A stretch of DNA of 30,210 nucleotides from a virus (lineage: Duplodnaviria > Caudoviricetes). Positions 25,521 through 30,210 of this stretch are shown piece by piece. The translations under genes and the position numbers were made by a program. Position 1 is the stretch's first letter; every line of letters starts with the position of its first letter. The notes beneath the pieces were generated by a model. It saw nothing but the letters and a program-made list of their open reading frames with translations. It was not told the DNA's origin and did no database searches. The stretch covers positions 1-30,210 of IMG/VR virus record IMGVR_UViG_3300042562_000685; one strand, 5' to 3'.

Positions 25521-26521
25521 CACGCACACTTAAAGAACTGGCAGACATTGGGGCAGTCGCAGCATTTGCTAGTGACACAAAGCACAAATACCTGAGCGTA
25601 TCAAAACAAGCACAATCATGGGTTGCCGACGAACCCGCCCGCCAAGCATTCGCGCAAGCCGTGCGTGATGCGGTTGAAAAACCACTGCGCGAGGAAATCA
25701 TAGTTATGGGCGCGAAGATTGAGGAATTGGAGAAAAACGTGAAGCTGACATCGCACTCATGGTTTCCACATCCGCCACCAACACCACGAACAGATGCAAA
25801 CGAAAGCATCACCTGTAAAGAAGGTGATCCTTGCATCGCTCCAGACTTCGCCCGCCAACTTGAACGCGAGCTTAATGCCGCGAAGGCAAAGAGTGAGGTA
25901 TGCCAGTGTCCCTTGGCGATTCGACTCGTCGGAGACGGATGCGAGAGATGCAACCCTGAAAAGGCACAGGAGATCAAAGAGCAGAATTATGAGGACAGGA
26001 TCAGTGATCTTGAGCGCGAGAATGCCGAGCTTCTAGAGGCATTGGAGCTTCTTCCCACTCACGATCTTGTTGAGGGTTGTGTGACACACCACTTTGCCTG
26101 CGACTGTCGCGAGGCACTGATGGCGGAAGCTATGCAGACGCAACGCCGCGTGATCGACTGGCGGGATCAGAGCGATGAGGGGTTGAGGCTCCGTTGCGGA
26201 GAACTGACCTCGCAGGAAATCCGCACCATCAGGGCTGTGCTGACCGCAATTCTTCCGCCGAACGTAAAGGCTGACTCGGACTTTTGCCGCAAGTTGGAAA
26301 TCCGACTAAATGTGCAAAGGGAGGCCCTTGAAGCCGCTGACGAATGTCTTGCATTGATCGAGGATGTTGGTCACGGCGCGATGATGGACAACGTGACAGT
26401 TGCTCGCGGCATAGTGCTCGCTGCGCTTTCACAGAACGCGGAGCGCAGCCAAAAACAGGGCGCGCTGGACTCCGCTACACCCCCGACCTCAACGCGATGC
26501 ACGAGGCTGAGAAGGCGCTGA
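25517..26521 (+). CDS. Mosaic hypothetical protein assembled from fragments of small phage accessory ORFs
   Basis: Successive short motifs TPRTDA, DFARQLERELN, CQC....VGDGCERCNP, CVTHHFACDCRE, LRLRCGELTSQEIRTIRAVL, DFCRKLE; attC-like half-sites at several junctions. Confidence 0.65.
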   Translation: MTRTLKELADIGAVAAFASDTKHKYLSVSKQAQSWVADEPARQAFAQAVRDAVEKPLREEIIVMGAKIEELEKNVKLTSHSWFPHPPPTPRTDANESITCKEGDPCIAPDFARQLERELNAAKAKSEVCQCPLAIRLVGDGCERCNPEKAQEIKEQNYEDRISDLERENAELLEALELLPTHDLVEGCVTHHFACDCREALMAEAMQTQRRVIDWRDQSDEGLRLRCGELTSQEIRTIRAVLTAILPPNVKADSDFCRKLEIRLNVQREALEAADECLALIEDVGHGAMMDNVTVARGIVLAALSQNAERSQKQGALDSATPPTSTRCTRLRRR

Positions 26522-26646
26522 CGACTGAGCAATGGTTAAGCTATTGGAGCTTTCTTTCGGAAGTATTAAAAGATACATCAATACTGCACGCAACCGCAGC
26601 CCAACGTGCCGAAGCCTTCGGCCTAACCCTCAATCTTTGGAAATAA
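26451..26646 (+). pseudogene. Orphan C-terminal fragment of a common phage small protein (DLNAMHEAEK...HATAAQRAEAF family)
   Basis: Recognisable motif lies in a different frame from the upstream ORF; the only in-frame upstream ATG noted (26344) gives a non-protein-like N-terminus overlapping the previous gene by 178 nt. Confidence 0.5.
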
Positions 26647-26649
26647 CTT

Positions 26650-26907
26650 ATGACCACATGCCCACAATCAGACGCCGCTGCAAACGGCCCGAACGCGAAG
26701 GAAGAACTCTACAAACTGGCCGCAAAACTCGAACGGGAGAACTGCAAACTAAAGGAAGAACTTGAGATCAACACGCAGGAAATCGACTCGTATGGAGTAG
26801 AGGGAAGCAACTTCCGAATCTGCTCATACTGCCAATCTGAGTCTGGCGCAGGGATGCTCGACAATGGCATACCGCACGACGCGGCCTGTATTCTGGCTAA
26901 CAAATAG
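26650..26907 (+). CDS. Hypothetical protein (85 aa) with coiled coil and CxxC...H...C motif; stop codon lies inside the attC-like element
   Basis: AAKLERE coiled coil, ICSYCQ...PHDAACIL; ends LANK* at GGCTAACAAATAG. Confidence 0.75.
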   Translation: MTTCPQSDAAANGPNAKEELYKLAAKLERENCKLKEELEINTQEIDSYGVEGSNFRICSYCQSESGAGMLDNGIPHDAACILANK

Positions 26908-26946
26908 CTCACCAACGCTCAGCGTTCGGTGCAGCGCACGTTCAAA
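26895..26946 (-). other. Integron attC-like recombination hairpin, reverse-oriented relative to the genes
   Basis: Minus strand reads TTTGAAC-GTGC-GCTGCACCGAACGC-TGA-GCGTTGGTGAGC-TATTT-GTTAGCC: AAC/GTT R boxes, unpaired spacers, L-box stem with two extra bases on the 5' arm; 52 bp with a 4-nt first spacer is shorter than canonical. Confidence 0.65.
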
Positions 26947-26962
26947 AATAACACAACACAAC

Positions 26963-28105
26963 ATGAACTACTACAATGAACACGACACAAAAGCCGCAGC
27001 CTGGTTGCGCGAACTCATCAACGCCGGACTTATTCCAAATGGAGATGTGGACGAGCGATCAATTACCGAAGTGCAACCCAACGAGTTGCGCCAATATACC
27101 CAGTGTCACTTCTTTGCAGGCATCGGTGGATGGAGTCTTGCTCTCCAACTCGCAGGATGGCCCGCAGATCGACCAGTCTGGACAGGTTCTTGTCCATGCC
27201 AGCCATTCAGCGCAGCAGGAAAAGGACTCGCTCAAGCAGACGAACGACATCTCTGGCCCGTGTTCTTCAATCTCATCCGTCAGTGCCGCCCTGAGCATGT
27301 CTTTGGCGAGCAGGTTGCAAGCGCAATTGGGAAAGGTTGGCTCGATGGAATATCGTCAGACCTGGAGTCGGAAGGTTACGCCTGCGGGGCGACAGTATTT
27401 GGCGCACACAGCGTCAGCGCACCGCACATCAGGCAACGACTTTACTGGATGGCCGACTCCGACAGTGGACGATTCCAGCAACGTGACGAGGGAATCGGGA
27501 GCGTTTCAAAGTTTAGCAAGGTCAGCGCAATTAGCAGGATGGCCGACTCCGATGGCACAGGATCACAGCCGAGGATCAACACCACCCAGACCTCAGGACA
27601 CAGGAGTTCCATTGAGCCAGATGGTGCAACTATCGGGCTGGCTAACTCCATCAGCAAACGAGGATGCAGCAGGGAATCATGGGACGAAGATGCAAGAGAT
27701 GCTGGGATCACAGGTGAGGCTGATCGACCCAGCGGGATGGTCAACCCCATCGAGCAGGGACTACAAGGACAGCACAGACCCACAGAAATGGAATTGCACA
27801 GAGGAGAGAGATCGGAACGATCAACTGGGCCGACAGGTTTTTGGGATCAATACGCCATCATCCCATGCCGAGACGGAAAATCGAGGCGCATTGAATGCCA
27901 ATCACGCCGGCTGGCTGATGGGATTCCCACTCTCGTGGACTCTGTGCGGGACGCTGGTGCAACTGAAGAGCAAATCGAAGCGGCAATCAACCCGTTCCCG
28001 CTCGTCAAAAAGCAGTTAGGTCGAACCATACTCCTCAAAGGCTACGGCAATGCAATTGTGCCGCAAGTCGCGGCAGAGTTCATCAAAGCATTCTTAGAAT
28101 CATGA
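26963..28105 (+). CDS. C5 cytosine DNA methyltransferase, catalytic (alpha-type) polypeptide, 380 aa
   Basis: Motif I FFAGIGG, IV GSCPCQPFS, VI GEQV, VIII PHIRQRLY, X LKGYGNAIVPQVA; ATG after ACACAACACAAC. Confidence 0.93.
   Translation: MNYYNEHDTKAAAWLRELINAGLIPNGDVDERSITEVQPNELRQYTQCHFFAGIGGWSLALQLAGWPADRPVWTGSCPCQPFSAAGKGLAQADERHLWPVFFNLIRQCRPEHVFGEQVASAIGKGWLDGISSDLESEGYACGATVFGAHSVSAPHIRQRLYWMADSDSGRFQQRDEGIGSVSKFSKVSAISRMADSDGTGSQPRINTTQTSGHRSSIEPDGATIGLANSISKRGCSRESWDEDARDAGITGEADRPSGMVNPIEQGLQGQHRPTEMELHRGERSERSTGPTGFWDQYAIIPCRDGKSRRIECQSRRLADGIPTLVDSVRDAGATEEQIEAAINPFPLVKKQLGRTILLKGYGNAIVPQVAAEFIKAFLES
26976..28019 (+). CDS. Nested +1-frame methyltransferase partner (beta-type) polypeptide with four W-x-T-P repeats and a motif IX-like segment; true start uncertain
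   Basis: 1044-nt stop-free alternative frame; GWPTP/GWPTP/GWLTP/GWSTP repeats and GALNANHAGWLMGFPLSW, which resembles motif IX that the main frame lacks. Confidence 0.72.
   Translation: MNTTQKPQPGCANSSTPDLFQMEMWTSDQLPKCNPTSCANIPSVTSLQASVDGVLLSNSQDGPQIDQSGQVLVHASHSAQQEKDSLKQTNDISGPCSSISSVSAALSMSLASRLQAQLGKVGSMEYRQTWSRKVTPAGRQYLAHTASAHRTSGNDFTGWPTPTVDDSSNVTRESGAFQSLARSAQLAGWPTPMAQDHSRGSTPPRPQDTGVPLSQMVQLSGWLTPSANEDAAGNHGTKMQEMLGSQVRLIDPAGWSTPSSRDYKDSTDPQKWNCTEERDRNDQLGRQVFGINTPSSHAETENRGALNANHAGWLMGFPLSWTLCGTLVQLKSKSKRQSTRSRSSKSS
27447..27750 (+). repeat. Four degenerate 16-bp direct repeats inside the methyltransferase variable region
   Basis: GGATGGCCGACTCCGA at 27447 and 27537 (identical), GGCTGGCTAACTCCAT at 27636, GGATGGTCAACCCCAT at 27735; spacing 90/99/99 bp. 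Confidence 0.85.
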
Positions 28106-28728
28106 AACCACCAGCATTCCAGTTCTACCCAGATGACTTTATCGGCGGCACTTGTGATCTTTCAGCGAAGGAGGTTGGAGCATATATTCGCTTGATTTGC
28201 TATCAGTGGTCAAAGGGAAAAATTCCCAGTGACCGAAACAAATTGAATCGCATCGCCGGCACAAATGTAACGCTTGATGTGTTACAGAAGTTCCCTGACG
28301 GAATGAACAAAAGGCTTGAGAATGAACGAACTAAACAGGAAGAATACAAAATCGAGAAGGCAAAAGCTGGAAAAGCTGGAGCAGAAAAACGATGGCACAA
28401 CCATAGCACACCCATCGTTTTGCCATTAGCAGAAGGTATGGCAAACGATAGCTCTCCGTCTCCGTCTCCGTCTCCGTTACCAATTAAGAGTTCTTCGAAC
28501 TCTAAGAAGAAGGTCAGGAATGAAATACCAGATGAGGAGTGGATGACTCAACTCAAAACCAATCCAGACTACACCGGAATCGACATCACAGCAGAATTTC
28601 AGAGAGCACACCAATGGTGCCAAAAGAATAGCCGGCAGAATACTCGACGCTTTTTCCAGAACTGGTTGTCAAAATGTGAACGACCGCTCAACATCAAACC
28701 CAAGTTCCAACCACCTTCATGTCTCTAA
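28102..28728 (+). CDS. DUF1376/YdaU-like phage replication initiator
   Basis: PAFQFYPDDFIGGT..LS..EVGAYIRLICYQW, RLENER, AGKAGAEKRW; C-terminal R.FFQNWL; directly upstream of DnaB. Confidence 0.85.
   Translation: MKPPAFQFYPDDFIGGTCDLSAKEVGAYIRLICYQWSKGKIPSDRNKLNRIAGTNVTLDVLQKFPDGMNKRLENERTKQEEYKIEKAKAGKAGAEKRWHNHSTPIVLPLAEGMANDSSPSPSPSPLPIKSSSNSKKKVRNEIPDEEWMTQLKTNPDYTGIDITAEFQRAHQWCQKNSRQNTRRFFQNWLSKCERPLNIKPKFQPPSCL
28386..28476. repeat. Cluster of inverted and tandem repeats inside the initiator gene (candidate replication origin)
   Basis: AAAACGATGG 28386-28395 / CCATCGTTTT 28412-28421; TTTGCCAT 28419-28426 / ATGGCAAA 28438-28445; (TCTCCG)x4 28453-28476. Confidence 0.55.
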
Positions 28729-29993
28729 ACCTTCCTCATTCCAACGAAGCTGAAAGTTCGCTCATCTCCTGCTTCCTCCAAGACCCTGTCGAACGCATTG
28801 GTGATGCTCGGAACACGCTGAATGTCTCTGCATTCCATTCAGACGTTCACAGGAAGGTTTTTACCGGACTTGTGGCACTGTATGATTCAGGATCCCCAAT
28901 CGATGCGCCTCTGCTCACTCAGCACTTCCGCAACAAGGGAGAACTGGAGGCAGTCGGAGGTGCCGCCTACATCTCTGAGCTGTTCTGCTTTGTCCCACAT
29001 TCCAGCAATTACCTGCAATACAAGCAAGTCGTCGAAGACAAATACCTCGCCAGACGAAACATCGAAGCGCACCAAGCAGCGTTGGATGCGTTTGCCGACG
29101 AAAGCATACCGATCGCGAATGCCATCGAAAAAGCACAAGCAGCGTTGGATGCGGTCGATAACGTAGTGGTTCGCAAACTGTCCCGAATCACGATCAAGGA
29201 CGCGATCAGCCAGACGATGGATGAGATCGAGGAGCGAATGAAACGAGGTGGCGCAATACCAGGTTGGACTACTGGATTCCCAATGATCGACCAGAAATGC
29301 GGCGGATTGCAGAAAGGCAGGGTCAGTGTCTTCGCCGGCTTACCATCAGACGGGAAATCGGCAATCATGCAGAACTGCGCGAGAAATGCACTGGTCGCCG
29401 GTGCCAGAGTAGCCTGGTATTCGCTAGAGATGCCCACCAGCGAGCAGACGATGCGTCTCCTGTGTGAGGACAGCGGAGTCGATAACGGTGCGCTCTACAG
29501 CGGTTTAATGAGCCGAGGACAGCAGGACATGCTTTCACGATCAATCAGACAACTCTCAGCCATGGGCTGTGATCTGGTCAATACCGACACAGCAAGCGCA
29601 TCCGATATCCTGTCAGACATCGAGCATGGTGGCTATGACATTGCGGTCGTCGATTATCTCCAACTCATGGAAGACGAAGGGCGAAAAGGTGCAACTCGTG
29701 AGGAGATTATCGCACGCATCTCACGCAGGATGAAGCAGGTCGCGAAACGCACCGGCACTCACATCCTCACCGCTTCCCAGCTTAACGATGCCGGCAAACT
29801 ACGCGAATCACGGGCAATTGGTCAGGATGCTGACGGTGTGTTCATCATCAGCAAAGTCGAGAAACTAGATGGTGGCACTGACGATGCGCTCAGGCACTTG
29901 TGGTGCGATAAGAACCGAGGTGGGTCACGACACTGGCAGTTGCCTCTTGCGTTCTCTGGCGCGACATTTACCTTCAAAGAGATTCAGGAATAA
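28719..29993 (+). CDS. dnaB: Replicative DNA helicase, DnaB family
   Basis: LPHSNEAE, LEAVGGAAYISEL, TGFPMID...GGLQ, Walker A AGLPSDGKS, SLEM, VVDYLQLM, SQLN, LRESRAIGQDAD, KNRGG. Confidence 0.96.
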   Translation: MSLNLPHSNEAESSLISCFLQDPVERIGDARNTLNVSAFHSDVHRKVFTGLVALYDSGSPIDAPLLTQHFRNKGELEAVGGAAYISELFCFVPHSSNYLQYKQVVEDKYLARRNIEAHQAALDAFADESIPIANAIEKAQAALDAVDNVVVRKLSRITIKDAISQTMDEIEERMKRGGAIPGWTTGFPMIDQKCGGLQKGRVSVFAGLPSDGKSAIMQNCARNALVAGARVAWYSLEMPTSEQTMRLLCEDSGVDNGALYSGLMSRGQQDMLSRSIRQLSAMGCDLVNTDTASASDILSDIEHGGYDIAVVDYLQLMEDEGRKGATREEIIARISRRMKQVAKRTGTHILTASQLNDAGKLRESRAIGQDADGVFIISKVEKLDGGTDDALRHLWCDKNRGGSRHWQLPLAFSGATFTFKEIQE

Positions 29994-29999
29994 CACAAC

Positions 30000-30210
30000 A
30001 TGAGAACGATTAACCCATACTTCACAGCAATCCGACAAGCCGATAAAATCATTGGCGATAATCTCAGATCCAAGGTGCTCAGAAAAAAGCACAACAAAAA
30101 AGCAGTCGATTATCTCAATGCCGTCCACTGCTACAAACTCGTCGCAAACCAGCAAGATCTCAATGAAGAGAAAACGATGACCGGTCGCGAAGCGTTTGAA
30201 ACCAACAAAG
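30000..30210 (+). CDS. Hypothetical protein, 3' truncated by the window
   Basis: ATG at 30000 after AACACAAC; frame MRTINPYFTAIRQADKIIG... open to the window end. Confidence 0.7.
   Translation, partial: MRTINPYFTAIRQADKIIGDNLRSKVLRKKHNKKAVDYLNAVHCYKLVANQQDLNEEKTMTGREAFETNK

Larger units (their letters stand above)
1..30210 (+). mobile_element. Segment of a tailed dsDNA phage/prophage (podovirus-like tail and ejection module, lysis, lambdoid recombination/replication module)
   Basis: All credible genes are on the + strand, tightly packed with ATGA overlaps; order is tail tube A/B, ejection proteins, fibres, lysis, early/replication genes; no cellular housekeeping genes. Confidence 0.96.

Noticed and set aside
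26687-26710. Fifth attC-like half-site (CCGAAC GCGAAG GAAG)
   Set aside because: Has the AAC box but not the following GCT/GCG box; too weak to count
27447-27750. CRISPR array
   Set aside because: Repeats are only 16 bp and degenerate, spacers are 74-83 bp, and the array lies in doubly coding sequence with spacing in multiples of 3
1021-30155. The many minus-strand ORFs in the ORF track
   Set aside because: All overlap well-supported + strand genes, lack recognisable motifs and look like antisense shadows
1-30210. Stop-codon reassignment, tRNA genes, introns or inteins
   Set aside because: Genes read intact in the standard code with TAA, TGA and TAG stops; intergenic gaps are short with no cloverleaf seen; DnaB is normal length

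Overview
The whole window is one + strand, gene-dense segment of a tailed dsDNA phage or prophage with a podovirus-type (T7/epsilon15/BPP-1-like) virion module and a lambdoid-type replication module. Gene order: tail tubular proteins A and B, three ejection/internal virion proteins, a 3305-aa modular polyvalent ejection protein, a tail fibre/LamG receptor-binding cluster, and a lysis cluster with an M15 endolysin. After an AT-rich promoter-like gap (~21170-21260) come a RecT-like annealase, a Cas4-like DUF2800 nuclease, RusA, an HTH protein, SSB, a patchwork accessory region, a C5 DNA methyltransferase, a DUF1376-type initiator and DnaB. Capsid, portal, terminase, integrase and RNA genes are not visible. 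Most interesting signals: (1) a near-complete integron attC-like hairpin in reverse orientation plus three matching half-sites at module junctions of a mosaic ORF, suggesting phage gene shuffling through attC-type recombination; (2) protein-like ORFs overprinted in the +1 frame directly after enzyme-like modules of the giant ejection protein, possibly effector/inhibitor pairs; (3) a methyltransferase encoded in two overlapping frames with a repeat-built variable region. All family calls come from motif recognition by eye, not database searches.
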